A stretch of DNA of 61,440 bases, filler included. It is 5 parts of 5 records of this genome, joined end to end, with 100 filler letters (N's around TTAATTAATTAA, not from the genome) between each part and the next. Parts side by side here need not be neighbours in the genome. Positions count along the whole stretch, not along the records: positions 29,584 to 48,712 come from DRR723986_33105; 4 more parts are not named here. One strand, 5' to 3'. How positions within the stretch are numbered: the first letter of the stretch is position 1; each line of letters opens with the position of its first letter. Positions 36,530 through 47,275 of this stretch are shown piece after piece. The position numbers were made by a program, and so were the translations under genes. The notes under the pieces were generated by a model. The model saw only the letters and a list, made by a program, of their open reading frames with translations, did no database searches and was not told where the DNA came from.

Positions 36530-37267
36530 TTAATTCTGATTTTTCGTGATGCCTATTTTACTCAAGTCAGGGAATCTATAAGCTTTATCCTTTATTTTAT
36601 AGATTTGAAATCTATCATTTTCATTATAATCGTATTTCTTGCTTTTCTTTAAATTTGGTACGGTGAAAATTTCAGAATTTATCTCCATACTTTCAAATTC
36701 AACCAAGGTCACAACCGTCGATACATTGTCAAACTCTTGAATATATCTTACTATTAATGGGTCGGTTACAAAACTATTCCGAATATTAAAATCAATAAGA
36801 GATGAATAAAAAAACAATTTACCCATTCCATTAAATTTTTCATCCTTGCTATAATAAATTGTTACTTTATAATAGCTAAGATCAAACGTAGCCTTATTGC
36901 AATCGATGTTATTTATTCTAAAAATCGAATCAGACCGTTTTACTTTTAGCTTACCATTAATTTTACTAGAACCAAACTTAGGGTTAGTTGTCATTACATA
37001 TTTATCACCTTTCTCAATTCCGTAAATCAAATCTGTTTTACTATCATAAATATTGATAAGTTTTGGACTATAATTATATCTCAAAAAACTATCACCATTG
37101 GTGTAAACAACCACAGCAGAATCACTTTCTTTTAAATTTCTGAATGGTTTTGCAGCTATAATATCACCCTCTTTTATTTCAAATTTCATATCATATCTCA
37201 AAACACCCTCAAAGTTTTGAGATACTAATAAATTCATGGCAAATAAAATCAATAAATACTTCAGCAT
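36530..37267 (-). CDS. Secreted hypothetical protein (DUF4412/GLPGLI-like)
   Basis: Signal peptide then QNFEGVLRY; I..IDCNKA; IFTVP. Confidence 0.65.
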   Translation of the reverse strand: MLKYLLILFAMNLLVSQNFEGVLRYDMKFEIKEGDIIAAKPFRNLKESDSAVVVYTNGDSFLRYNYSPKLINIYDSKTDLIYGIEKGDKYVMTTNPKFGSSKINGKLKVKRSDSIFRINNIDCNKATFDLSYYKVTIYYSKDEKFNGMGKLFFYSSLIDFNIRNSFVTDPLIVRYIQEFDNVSTVVTLVEFESMEINSEIFTVPNLKKSKKYDYNENDRFQIYKIKDKAYRFPDLSKIGITKNQN

Positions 37268-37327
37268 GATGTGTGAGGCTTGAATTATGATATAGCTAAG
37301 GGCTAATTTATAAATTTAAATTATGTG

Positions 37328-37795
37328 TTAATTCTTCTTGCAAATAGGTATATAAAAATCCTCTTCAGAATCTGGACTTCCGTTTTTATACTTTTCACCC
37401 ATTACCTGAAAATGTGGTCGCGCATCTATAACATAACCAGATGTTGGTAACCATTCCGTCATTATCTTTTGATATGTTGCTGCAGCATTCATTCCTTTTT
37501 GAAGAAAGACAGCATATTCACTTTCTGGAATTATTAACGACTCAAATCCTTCTGGAACACTTGTTAAATCTGAGACTTCTGCACATGCCCAAATTGTATA
37601 AGGTAATGACATATCACTAAAATTAGAATAGACTTGTGCGGCAATTAACTCAGAGTTTATAGTATTAGAAAGTTCTTTTTTTCTTGGCATAAATTGCTTC
37701 CATAAAGCCACAATATTACCAAAGTCACCATGTGTCATAGTGCTTTTCATACCAACAACTGTTTTACTTTTAATTGTAATAATTTTGGGTTCCAT
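37328..37795 (-). CDS. GyrI-like effector-binding domain protein
   Basis: EPKII..K.VVGM, LWKQF, EWLPTSGY, EEDFYIPI. Confidence 0.92.
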   Translation of the reverse strand: MEPKIITIKSKTVVGMKSTMTHGDFGNIVALWKQFMPRKKELSNTINSELIAAQVYSNFSDMSLPYTIWACAEVSDLTSVPEGFESLIIPESEYAVFLQKGMNAAATYQKIMTEWLPTSGYVIDARPHFQVMGEKYKNGSPDSEEDFYIPICKKN

Positions 37796-37860
37796 TAGTT
37801 TTTAGATATTAAAAAGCCACTATCATTGATAATGGCTTATTTTATATGGGAAATTATAAC

Positions 37861-38316
37861 TTAGGCTTTTTTAACTTTTACAGCATTCATACCACGTTGT
37901 CCTTTTTCTAACTCAAACGTTACTTTATCATTTTCAGTAATTTCATCAATAATACCACTAACATGTGTAAAGTGTTTTTCGTTTGTTTCTATATCTATAA
38001 TAAATCCAAATCCTTTAGAATTGTCATAAAATGAAACCTTTCCTTTTCTAATAGGATCAAAATCATCTTCAATATCCTCTTTTTTAGGAATACCAATTTC
38101 AATATTCTTGGCTTTAACTTTAATTTTCATTGAAGGATCTGGCGGAGTGTCTGTAAGATTGCCGTTATGATCGACATAAGCTAACGGAATACCTGCAGTA
38201 CCATTTTCTTCTTTGGCGAGTTTACGCGCTTCCATTTTCTTACGCTTATCTTCTCGTTTCTTTAATCGTTTTTTTTCTTTTTCGCTTTTACTAAAGGTTT
38301 GTTGTGATTTACCCAT
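37861..38316 (-). CDS. Cold-shock-domain protein with basic N-terminal extension
   Basis: KGKVSFYDNSKGFGFI, FTHVSG, GMNAVKVK; K/R/E-rich N-terminus. Confidence 0.93.
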   Translation of the reverse strand: MGKSQQTFSKSEKEKKRLKKREDKRKKMEARKLAKEENGTAGIPLAYVDHNGNLTDTPPDPSMKIKVKAKNIEIGIPKKEDIEDDFDPIRKGKVSFYDNSKGFGFIIDIETNEKHFTHVSGIIDEITENDKVTFELEKGQRGMNAVKVKKA

Positions 38317-38467
38317 TCGTTGTTTTAAATTGTTAATATATAAGTGCTTATGAAAATATTGACATAATATATTTCTGTTAGATTGTAAACAAGGAATAGT
38401 ATTAAACCTAAAAAGAAAATCCTGAGAAAAGGCTGTCTAGTGTGGTGTATCTTCATTAAACTTATTT

Positions 38468-38475
38468 CAAAGATA
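38468..38475 (-). promoter_or_regulatory. Bacteroidota -7 promoter element TATCTTTG
   Basis: Exact TAnnTTTG about 150 bp upstream of the cold-shock-domain gene. Confidence 0.55.
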
Positions 38476-38500
38476 CAACATCTATACCAAATATTTTATT

Positions 38501-39199
38501 TTATAGTCTGTAAACCACTCCTAGCATGATTCTAGGCATTAGACTTGGCTGCTTAATGGCGTCATTTGCATCACTGAATGTGAATTCTTCGTCATTATTT
38601 TCATTATCATTTCTTGGATTTACATTATCATCATCCGGACTGTAAGACGTATCGTGTCCTTTCAAGGTATTATAGAAAAAATAGTCCAATCCTGCTAATG
38701 CTACTAATTGAAGATTTTCAGTAATATTAAAGTGTGTTTCAATACCAAGACCTAACCAATACTATTTTGAGGTAACATCAAAATCCTCGTTACTACCAAC
38801 ATATTTAAAGTTAGCTCTAAAACTGGAATAGCGCGGTCTAAAAACTATATAAGAATCTTCTAAATTTAACAATGAGGTTTCCCATAAAAAGTCTAGTCTA
38901 TAATCAAATGCTTTTCCTTTTTCTTCAGGAACACCATTAGTAGCATTATTAATAAATATTCGTCTTGCATCAGAAGAACTACCAGGGTCTAGACTGGTAT
39001 AACCAACTCCAAAACGTAGATGCACTGGTAATGTTTGTATAAGTTTTAGAGCTGTAAAATTTGCTTGTAAACTTAAACCTCTGTTATAGCCTTTTGAAAG
39101 TCCTAAGGCAAATTTAGATTCTGTTGTTGTGGTTTAAGAAATTGATATTTGTGTAATGCAAAGCAATACCAATACCATGAAAGATTTTTGTAGGTTCAT
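38501..39199 (-). pseudogene. Outer-membrane beta-barrel gene with two in-frame stops
   Basis: One frame of 233 codons: signal peptide MNLQKSFMVLVLLCITQISIS, TAA at 39134-39136 (codon 22), TAG at 38762-38764 (codon 146), end RIMLGVVYRL. Joins track ORFs 38762-39025 and 38501-38689. Confidence 0.88.
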
Positions 39200-39290
39200 A
39201 ATCTATGATTTAGGTTTTTAGATATGGGTATGTCATAGCTGACAATACAATATCTACATAAAAAACCTAAAAAAAGATGTTTGCTATCTA

Positions 39291-40571
39291 TTAAATATAT
39301 TCTGAACTTAAATTCTCTACTACCAACCCATCTTCTAAACTCATAATTACACCTTGTGCGGCACGTTCGCCTGATAACATGGCAGCATTGAGAGAACCAT
39401 TTAGTAAATAATCACCAGCAAGATACACTGTAGGTTTTAGCTGTGTTTCCGTTGGCGAAATATCATATTGTAAATACTCTAAATCTGGAAGTGCATTTTT
39501 TATATGATAACACTTAAGAAAATTTAAGGTCTCAATATTGCAATAGTCAAGCAACTCTTGTTTTACTTGCTTAACTAGATCCTCTTCATTTAGATTATGA
39601 GATTTTACAACTGTGACTGATAATAACTCATGCTCACCTTTTGTAGCTGTCATTAAACTATTATGAAAGAAAATATTATTTATTAATGCATCTTTCTCTG
39701 CGATTAAACCAATCAATGGCTTTAGTATGTTACGCTGTTTAACTTCAAAATACAAGCTATAACACGATTTCCAGATTTGCTTTTGATCATTTAGATTAGG
39801 CACTAAACTATTAGCCATTGTTGCAATTATAGTAAAATGTGTCTTGAGAATTTCGTTGTTATCTAAAACGATGTGGTCATCATTGACCTGCTTAACTTTA
39901 GTATTAAATCTAAACGTAGTATGCGATAAACCATTCTTTAATTGGTTTGAAATTGTAGCAATTCCATCTTTTGGTAAAACTGCTAACCCTTCACCAAACA
40001 TTTTATAAACAAACTCAAACATCCTGCTAGATGTTCTTAATTCTGGCTCTAAAAAAATTCCAGAAAAGAACGGTCTAAAGAAATTTTCTATAATATCATC
40101 TGAAAATCCTTTACTTTTTAAATAATCTAAGGTTGTTTGAGATTCCGTTTTAAATATATCTGCAATTGTTTTCTTTTTAAGCGCTGTATTTAGCTTTAGT
40201 ATTTTTATTTTATCAGATATTGAACCAATATTGGCGGTTAATGTTGGAATTAATAAACTAAAATCACGTAACGGATCACCAATAGTTTTTGATTTATTAT
40301 TACTAAAAATAACTGCACCAGGTAAAAACTTCTGAAGCTGAAGTGCATTGAAATCTAAATGTTCTTTTGCCTTAGGATACGCATCTAAAAGCACCTGAAA
40401 TCCTTGATCTAATTGATATCCTTTTACGATATCTGTTTTAACTCTACCACCAACAGAGTCAGTGGCTTCAATAATTACAGGATAGTATCCATTTTCTTCC
40501 AGAGTCTTAGCCGCTATTAATCCACTAATACCCCCACCAATGATATGTATTTTGTAATCTTTACGATTCAT
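39291..40571 (-). CDS. FAD-dependent oxidoreductase (amine oxidase/phytoene desaturase-like)
   Basis: IIGGGISGL, VGGRVKTD, DQGFQV, LAGDY...SLNAAMLSGERAA. Confidence 0.93.
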   Translation of the reverse strand: MNRKDYKIHIIGGGISGLIAAKTLEENGYYPVIIEATDSVGGRVKTDIVKGYQLDQGFQVLLDAYPKAKEHLDFNALQLQKFLPGAVIFSNNKSKTIGDPLRDFSLLIPTLTANIGSISDKIKILKLNTALKKKTIADIFKTESQTTLDYLKSKGFSDDIIENFFRPFFSGIFLEPELRTSSRMFEFVYKMFGEGLAVLPKDGIATISNQLKNGLSHTTFRFNTKVKQVNDDHIVLDNNEILKTHFTIIATMANSLVPNLNDQKQIWKSCYSLYFEVKQRNILKPLIGLIAEKDALINNIFFHNSLMTATKGEHELLSVTVVKSHNLNEEDLVKQVKQELLDYCNIETLNFLKCYHIKNALPDLEYLQYDISPTETQLKPTVYLAGDYLLNGSLNAAMLSGERAAQGVIMSLEDGLVVENLSSEYI

Positions 40572-40580
40572 TTACTTTAC

Positions 40581-41039
40581 CTATATAGCTGTTAATTGAC
40601 CAATCCATGTGGTATCGCTAAACGATTTACCATCTATTCGTAGAAATACTTTACCGTTTTTTATCTCTATTTTAACATCAGATACAGTATCATTATTCTT
40701 AAGGGTGAACACAATCTTTATGAGTTCACTTTCATCTGAATAGAAAACACCATAAGCACCTTCCTCATCTAGCTTTAAATTGGTATTAGAATTCGGTGAA
40801 ATTAACTGACTAGTAACTTTATTTCTTTTAAAACTTACTGTATTAGTTTCGGCCACTAACTGGTCTCTCTTATTACCACTTATCACCCAATTAGCCGTAA
40901 ACATATATTCACCAGATTCAACTAATGCTTTGTATTGGTTGTATATTAATGTATTGCGCGAAGTATTATCCGAAACCTCCTGTGCATTAGCACTAAATGC
41001 CATTCCTACTATAACTAAAAGTGTTATTATTTTTTTCAT
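40581..41039 (-). CDS. Secreted protein, DUF4251-like
   Basis: Signal peptide ending NAQ; KALVESGEYMFTANW. Confidence 0.6.
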   Translation of the reverse strand: MKKIITLLVIVGMAFSANAQEVSDNTSRNTLIYNQYKALVESGEYMFTANWVISGNKRDQLVAETNTVSFKRNKVTSQLISPNSNTNLKLDEEGAYGVFYSDESELIKIVFTLKNNDTVSDVKIEIKNGKVFLRIDGKSFSDTTWIGQLTAI

Positions 41040-41040
41040 C

Positions 41041-43518
41041 TTATTTTGGGTCTAAAGCATTATTTATTCGTTCAATGATATCTCTATAATGGTACTTAGT
41101 TTCGGTATTTACTGCTCCTTTGGCAGCGCCAATAAGAATACGTTTTAATTGATTAAGTTCACCTCTTACCAAAGCTCTTACATCTGACTGATTAACATTG
41201 AAATACTGTCTACTACGTTGTGGATTTAAATCTTGAGTCATTAAATATATCATTCTATCTGTATACGCTCTTTGCAGGTTTCGTCTAAACACAGAAACAT
41301 TTGATGCGGTTCTGGTTTCTGACCAAATTCCTAAACGCACATCTCTTAGCATATCTAATGCAGAATAATTTGTTGAGCTGAGCGCTTTGTGATCTATTAA
41401 TCTACCTAAGCGTTCAAAATTTAAAAGATTGTTTAAATGACGTGTTTGTAGACTGCGTAATCTATCGGTATAGCCAGCAGGACTAATATTTTTAAGAATT
41501 GTTTCGTCTAACAACCAATCAGGTGTTTCGAAAGCATTTTTGTGCAACCATTGAACGGCAGCTTTTTGATATGCTTTATCTACAGGATTGTATACAGTGC
41601 CATCTTGAGACGGATTTTTAGAATCTTCCACAACACCTCCTACGTGAGTTACCACATGTCCCACATACCTACTCCATACGCCCAACATTTCGCCATATAA
41701 TTCTTGTAAATCATCATAATTATCTGTACTGTCACTTGTCCAACTCGATAAGTTTTTAGCAACAATTTTTAAGTTACTAAGCCCATAAGTACTAGCCTTA
41801 ATACTATTATTACCAATATCTTCAGTTTGAGACGTTGGATCAAATCTGCTACTCTGCTTTCCAAATTTATAGATAGGATCACCCGCTTTTTCCATAATCC
41901 AACTGTTTAACGTTTTCATTTCATCATCTGTTGAATTAGCATCTGGTATATAGCGGTAACCGTAATTTATAGCATAATCGTCATAAGGACCTAATTGTCT
42001 TACAAATCTAATGTTGGTATCACCAGGTTGAGCAATGTAGTTGTAACGCGCATAATCCATGATTGTAGCTGCAATACCATTTTTCTGTGTAAATGCACCA
42101 TTCCTATAACTCTCTACATCATAAGCATAGCTTGCACTCATATTGTGAGGTAACCCTAAGGTATGACCAACTTCGTGAGCAATAACCATTTTCATCATTT
42201 CACCAATCTCGCTATCTGGTGTTTTCAAAGTTCTTGCAGACGGATTTGCCGCACCAGTTTCTAACATATATCTATTTCTGTACGAACGTAAATGATTATG
42301 ATACCATATGATATCACTTTCAATAATTTCACCACTTCTTGGGTCAGAAACACTTGGTCCTGTAGCATTACGTGTTGTACTCGCTACATAACGCACAACT
42401 GAAAATCTAATGTCTTCTGGACTAAATTCTGGATCTTCTTCTTTTGTAGGTGGATCTTTTGCAATGATTGCATTTTTAAACCCAGCTGCTTCAAAAGCTT
42501 TTTGCCAGAGTTCAATTCCCTCCTTCATATAAGATCTAAACTTCATCGGAGTTGCCGGATCTAAGTAATAAACGATTGGTTTTACTGGCTCAACTAATTC
42601 GCCTCGTTTATACGCTTCAATATCTTTAGGAATTAATTTCCAACGTCTTAAATATGTTTTTCTATCTGCTTTTAATTCTTCGCTACTATAATCATATTTA
42701 CTTAGCGTAAACCAACCTACGCGCTCATCAAATAATCGTGGTTGCATTGGCACTTCTGGCAATAAAATCATGGACTGATTCATTTGCACACTGATGGTTT
42801 CATCACCATTATTTACCGGAGGCTTAGAAGCATTATAGGTAAAATCTTGAATAACCTCTATATTTTCCGGAAAGCTTTTAACTGAGTTAATAAAGCTACG
42901 ATTTTTATCTAAATTTCTAACCTTATATGTACTGCGCAAACCAGATGATAAACCACTTATAGCTTTTACATCTGAACCATAGAAACTAGTTACATCAATT
43001 ACTACTGCTGAAGAATCTTTAGAAAATGCCTTAATATCAAAAGCATATAAGGTTGGTGCGTAATTGTTTGCTTTAACAGAAACATTGATAGGCAAACTAT
43101 CTGCTGCTACAGCACTCGAAGATTTTTCTTTAATTAAAATTTTATCTTTAAATCGCTCCCAATTAATCATTCTGGTGTTTGTTTTGGTACCTGCATTAAC
43201 ATAACCACCGCCTAAATTAGCTGGTAGTTTTGCAAAACGACTAACTAGTAACATGTCCTTATTTAAATAATCCATCGGAATTTCAAAGTAGTACTTCTCA
43301 CCTACTAAGTGAACATCAAACAAGCCTTTATCAGTAATAGCTTCCTTTGTAATTACCTTATTGTAATCTTTTATTTTCCCTTGTTTCTTTTTTGGTGCCG
43401 CTGGTACTACTTGTTCTTTTTTGGTCTTTTCTTTTTTCTTTCTCTTAGATTGAGCATTGAGCGCATTAAAATTGACAAAAAGAAAAACACCCAGAGCTAA
43501 ATAAATGACTTTTTCCAT
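41041..43518 (-). CDS. Zinc-dependent metalloprotease (DUF5117/DUF4953 met-zincin type)
   Basis: HEVGHTLGLPHN zinc motif, IMDY Met-turn, DPRSGEII, GPYDDYAI. Confidence 0.94.
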   Translation of the reverse strand: MEKVIYLALGVFLFVNFNALNAQSKRKKKEKTKKEQVVPAAPKKKQGKIKDYNKVITKEAITDKGLFDVHLVGEKYYFEIPMDYLNKDMLLVSRFAKLPANLGGGYVNAGTKTNTRMINWERFKDKILIKEKSSSAVAADSLPINVSVKANNYAPTLYAFDIKAFSKDSSAVVIDVTSFYGSDVKAISGLSSGLRSTYKVRNLDKNRSFINSVKSFPENIEVIQDFTYNASKPPVNNGDETISVQMNQSMILLPEVPMQPRLFDERVGWFTLSKYDYSSEELKADRKTYLRRWKLIPKDIEAYKRGELVEPVKPIVYYLDPATPMKFRSYMKEGIELWQKAFEAAGFKNAIIAKDPPTKEEDPEFSPEDIRFSVVRYVASTTRNATGPSVSDPRSGEIIESDIIWYHNHLRSYRNRYMLETGAANPSARTLKTPDSEIGEMMKMVIAHEVGHTLGLPHNMSASYAYDVESYRNGAFTQKNGIAATIMDYARYNYIAQPGDTNIRFVRQLGPYDDYAINYGYRYIPDANSTDDEMKTLNSWIMEKAGDPIYKFGKQSSRFDPTSQTEDIGNNSIKASTYGLSNLKIVAKNLSSWTSDSTDNYDDLQELYGEMLGVWSRYVGHVVTHVGGVVEDSKNPSQDGTVYNPVDKAYQKAAVQWLHKNAFETPDWLLDETILKNISPAGYTDRLRSLQTRHLNNLLNFERLGRLIDHKALSSTNYSALDMLRDVRLGIWSETRTASNVSVFRRNLQRAYTDRMIYLMTQDLNPQRSRQYFNVNQSDVRALVRGELNQLKRILIGAAKGAVNTETKYHYRDIIERINNALDPK

Positions 43519-43677
43519 GAAAATAATCTATAATTTAAATTGGTTGAATAGTTATAATTTCTATTAAAAGATGGCTAAAGATAATTAATAGATTTGTAGT
43601 TTTAGATTATTTCTTAAAAGCTGTTAAAATGATTATTATTTAATCCTTCTACAGTATTTTTGCGTAAAATTTTGAAG

Positions 43678-43971
43678 ATGTCAAAGTTACTCCCTGTTTT
43701 TAGAATTATTGCCTTTTTAGAAGGTGTTTCTTATATTCTTTTGCTTTTTATTGCAACACCAATTAAGTATCTTTACGAAGATCCGCAATATGTAAAAATG
43801 CTTGGCATGCCACATGGTTTGTTATTTATGGCCTACATAGTTATTGCTGTTCTGATTAGTCCAGATATGAAATGGGCAACACGTAATTTATGGATTGTTT
43901 TAATCGCAGCCATAATTCCGTTTGGAACCTTTTATATTGATAAAAAGTATTTAAATAGAAAGCATGCTTAA
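43678..43971 (+). CDS. DUF3817-domain membrane protein
   Basis: FRIIAFLEGVSY, GMPHGLLF, IIPFGTF; -7 element TATTTTTG at 43655-43662. Confidence 0.9.
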   Translation: MSKLLPVFRIIAFLEGVSYILLLFIATPIKYLYEDPQYVKMLGMPHGLLFMAYIVIAVLISPDMKWATRNLWIVLIAAIIPFGTFYIDKKYLNRKHA

Positions 43972-45202
43972 TTTAAGACATTACATCTACGATTTATTGA
44001 TTGAGAAAGGTTTTTCAGAGAACTCTGCCAAATTTTTAAACATGCTCGGTTTATTAATAGCGCTATTAATTATAGCTTTTGTGGTAGATTATATTACAAA
44101 GCGATTCTTATGGAGGTTTTCATCTGGAGTAGCCAAGCGAACTAAGACAAATTTTGATGATATTCTTATAAATAATCAGCTACCAAGAAATATTGCACAT
44201 ATAATTCCTTTAATAATTTTAATTGAACTTGTTCCTGAAGTTTTTTCTGATTATGAATTTGCCGAAGATGTTATAGAAAAGACATTAAAAGTTGTTGCGA
44301 TACTGCTTACGCTGCGTATTATTCGAAGTTTCTTAAACTCAATAAAAGATTACCTTAAGACTTTAGATAGATATAAAGACAAGCCTATTGACAGCTATAT
44401 ACAAGTATTTATGATCTTTGGTTGGGTACTGGGTATATTTGCTATATTCTCTATTCTAACTGGTGTAACTTTTATAAAATTTGCAATTTCTTTAGGTACT
44501 GCCTCAGCTGTAATCTTATTGATTTTTAAAGATACTATTTTAGGATTTGTAGCTAGTATTCAGGTATCAATAAATGATATGGTTCGTATCGGTGACTGGA
44601 TAACGTTTGAAAAATATGGAGCAGATGGAGATGTTACTGAGATTAATCTGGCAACAGTAAAAGTTCAAAACTGGGATAAAACCATTACCACAATACCAAC
44701 CTATGCATTAATTTCGGATTCGTTTAAGAACTGGCGTGGAATGATGGCTTCTGGTGGCAGACGCATTAAACGGTCTGTAATCATAAAAACATCAACCATT
44801 AAATTTTTAACAGCCGATGAAATAGAAAAATTAAAAAAAATTGAATTGGTTGCTCAATATCTAAATAGTGCTTCAGAAATTATCTCTAAACATAATACTG
44901 AAAATAACATTGATAAGTCGGTATTAATAAACGGCCGTAATCTTACTAATTTCGGTGTATTTAGAAAATATCTGCAGACCTATATTGAAAATCACTCTGC
45001 TATAAACAAAGACATGACACTTATGGTGCGTCAATTAGCACCTACACCACAAGGAATTCCGATGGAAATTTACGCTTTTAGCAGTGACATTAGATGGCAA
45101 AATTATGAATATATAATAGGAGATATTTTTGATCATGTATTGGCAGCTGTGACGTATTTTGATCTTGAAATTTACGAACTCAGCGTTGCTAACTCAGACT
45201 AA
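43964..45202 (+). CDS. Small-conductance mechanosensitive channel (YbdG-like MscS family)
   Basis: FKDTILGFVASIQ, IGDWI, VKVQNWDKTITTIP, GGRRIKRS, MVRQLAP. Confidence 0.95.
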   Translation: MLNLRHYIYDLLIEKGFSENSAKFLNMLGLLIALLIIAFVVDYITKRFLWRFSSGVAKRTKTNFDDILINNQLPRNIAHIIPLIILIELVPEVFSDYEFAEDVIEKTLKVVAILLTLRIIRSFLNSIKDYLKTLDRYKDKPIDSYIQVFMIFGWVLGIFAIFSILTGVTFIKFAISLGTASAVILLIFKDTILGFVASIQVSINDMVRIGDWITFEKYGADGDVTEINLATVKVQNWDKTITTIPTYALISDSFKNWRGMMASGGRRIKRSVIIKTSTIKFLTADEIEKLKKIELVAQYLNSASEIISKHNTENNIDKSVLINGRNLTNFGVFRKYLQTYIENHSAINKDMTLMVRQLAPTPQGIPMEIYAFSSDIRWQNYEYIIGDIFDHVLAAVTYFDLEIYELSVANSD

Positions 45203-45591
45203 TTGTCTTTAAGTCTATCTTCTACATATTCAATTTCTGTTTTACCATGAGGTTTTGGCTTGCCATCAGTTCCGAGATTTACCATCGTCATATTTTCTAC
45301 TGTTAGTATAGTTTATCTCGTCATTTTATTTCGGGCTTCACACTTAAGGGTAATTGATGATTTCCCAAATTTAACTACATCTATACCAATTTCTATAATA
45401 TCACCTTTCTTGGCTGATGACATAAAATTGATTTCCGACATATATTTTGTGACTATTCGAGAATTTTCAAGCTGTATGATGGTATATAGTGCTGCCTCTT
45501 CATCAATCCAAGCTAAAAGCTGACCACCAAACAATGTTCCATTAGGATTTAAATCTTCGGGCTTTACCCATTTTCTTGTATGAAATCTCAT
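45199..45591 (-). pseudogene. HotDog-fold acyl-CoA thioesterase with one in-frame TAA
   Basis: DLNPNGTLFGG motif; TAA at 45313-45315 (codon 93); the frame continues TILTVENMTMVNLGTDGKPKPHGKTEIEYVEDRLKDN to TAG at 45199-45201; -7 element TATCTTTG at 45615-45622. Confidence 0.88.
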
Positions 45592-45778
45592 TAATTGTGT
45601 TTTGTTTTCAATCTCAAAGATACTATAAAAGGTTTTCCACAACGCTTATAAATAATGGCATTTGCCAATACCAAAATTTGTTTTGTTAATAAGACAGTTG
45701 ACAACATATTCCATGTAAAATAAAAAGCACTTCGTTAATAACTTAATTTAATTCCAAATTAATCTTAATTGCACACCC

Positions 45779-46195
45779 ATGACAAAACGCTCTCAAGACC
45801 TACTTGCCATTAGGCCAATTATTGCATCTGCAAAAATCTATGATTCAATGAGTACAGAGGAGTCTTTTCAGAATAAGACTTTGAGACCAATTATTAAAAT
45901 GCATCACGACCTGTTTGTGGCTGTTTTTAAAAATTATATCACCAAGCGTAAAAATGTATTTTATGAACTATCGCTTGAAAAGCAACTTGCCTATATAGAC
46001 AATGCTATAAATAAGGATATGAAGTTTAGAAATTCAATAAAAGGTATGATTATTGGCCAGTTTACGGTTGAAGAATATGAACTGTATATTCAAAATTCTT
46101 CCGCTTTAAATAAGCGTATGATGAATATAGTGAAAGAACGGTTTATAAATAGCATTCAGTTATTTACTAAACCAGAAGTTTTAAAGGCGGTTTAA
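45779..46195 (+). CDS. Conserved Flavobacteriaceae hypothetical protein (often labelled glyoxalase)
   Basis: EESFQNKTLRPIIK, FRNSIKGMIIGQFT, LNKRM. Confidence 0.8.
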   Translation: MTKRSQDLLAIRPIIASAKIYDSMSTEESFQNKTLRPIIKMHHDLFVAVFKNYITKRKNVFYELSLEKQLAYIDNAINKDMKFRNSIKGMIIGQFTVEEYELYIQNSSALNKRMMNIVKERFINSIQLFTKPEVLKAV

Positions 46196-46869
46196 AGAAG
46201 TGATTCTCCATTGAGATTAGTTGTGAGCACATCACTCATATAATCAAAGTACGGACGAATTATTTTGAATGCTTCATTAACATGGTCTAAAAAATCAACT
46301 GCTAAGACTTCTTTGTCTGTATACTTTTTTATAAAAATAAATTGTTTTCTACGAATGAGATCTATGGCTGGGTGCTCTTTATCAAACCCTTTTGGTGCTG
46401 TTTTTAGCTCATCACCGACAAACCCTCCCCAAGTTTTTAGAAAGGCTTTATTATTAAGAATTTCTCTTATTTCTGTATCATCCATCTCAAATTCTTTTCT
46501 TATTCGGAATAGATCTTCTTTATTAGGCTCCCAAAACCCTGTGGCTATAAAAGATTCATTATTAGGCTGTAAATGCAGGTAATAACCACCACGTAATTCT
46601 GGTTTTTTTCTAGCAAAGGAACCACCAAAATGTGTTTTATAAGGCAATTTATTCTTAGAAAAACGAACGTCTCTATATATCCTAAATACTTTAGTTTTTT
46701 CAATCTGATCATGAGCACTCATTATTTCACCCAAATAGTTGTAGGCAGATTTCACTTTAGCTTCAATAGATTTAAATTCTGGCTTATTTTCATTGAACCA
46801 GTCTCTATTATTGTTCTTGGTTAATTTTTTTAAAAAGAGAAATGTTTCTTTTGGTATTGTTGTGGACAT
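46192..46869 (-). CDS. DUF2461-family protein (TIGR02453)
   Basis: NNNRDWF, FRIYRDVRFSKNKLPYK, LKTAPKGF..EHP. Confidence 0.93.
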   Translation of the reverse strand: MSTTIPKETFLFLKKLTKNNNRDWFNENKPEFKSIEAKVKSAYNYLGEIMSAHDQIEKTKVFRIYRDVRFSKNKLPYKTHFGGSFARKKPELRGGYYLHLQPNNESFIATGFWEPNKEDLFRIRKEFEMDDTEIREILNNKAFLKTWGGFVGDELKTAPKGFDKEHPAIDLIRRKQFIFIKKYTDKEVLAVDFLDHVNEAFKIIRPYFDYMSDVLTTNLNGESLL

Positions 46870-47035
46870 AAAAAATAGTTTAAACTTCAATGTAGAAAAA
46901 TTCCATCATTTAATTTTGTTAAAATGAGTTAATAGTGGCTCTGTTAAAATCTTTGTTTAGAATAGTTAAAAATAAACTTGTGTGTTGAAAGAATTTTCAG
47001 TATAATGCACCACTTTTAAAACACACACTAATTTT

Positions 47036-47257
47036 ATGGGTAGACCAGCAACAAGACCAACAAAACTAAAAGATGGTTTTTACATCGAAATCAGAAACAA
47101 AGGTTCAAAATCAGGAGTAAAGCTATATAGCGGTACAAAATTACAAATGCATCGTGCAATTAAAATGTACGAACGTTCTAAAGAAGTCATTATATTAGGT
47201 GAATCTGTGAATGGAAAATTTGTAGATAAAGAACCAAAATTACATGTAGTAGGATAA
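47036..47257 (+). CDS. Small basic conserved hypothetical protein
   Basis: MGRPATRPTKLKDGFYIEIRN...; own terminator downstream. Confidence 0.8.
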   Translation: MGRPATRPTKLKDGFYIEIRNKGSKSGVKLYSGTKLQMHRAIKMYERSKEVIILGESVNGKFVDKEPKLHVVG

Positions 47258-47275
47258 CTATATATAACAGAATTT

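Noticed and set aside
38501-45591. Stop-codon reassignment or programmed read-through explaining the in-frame TAA/TAG codons
   Set aside because: Neighbouring intact genes terminate normally at TAA and TAG, and the inferred original residues differ (Gln vs Glu). Nonsense mutation or error is simpler.
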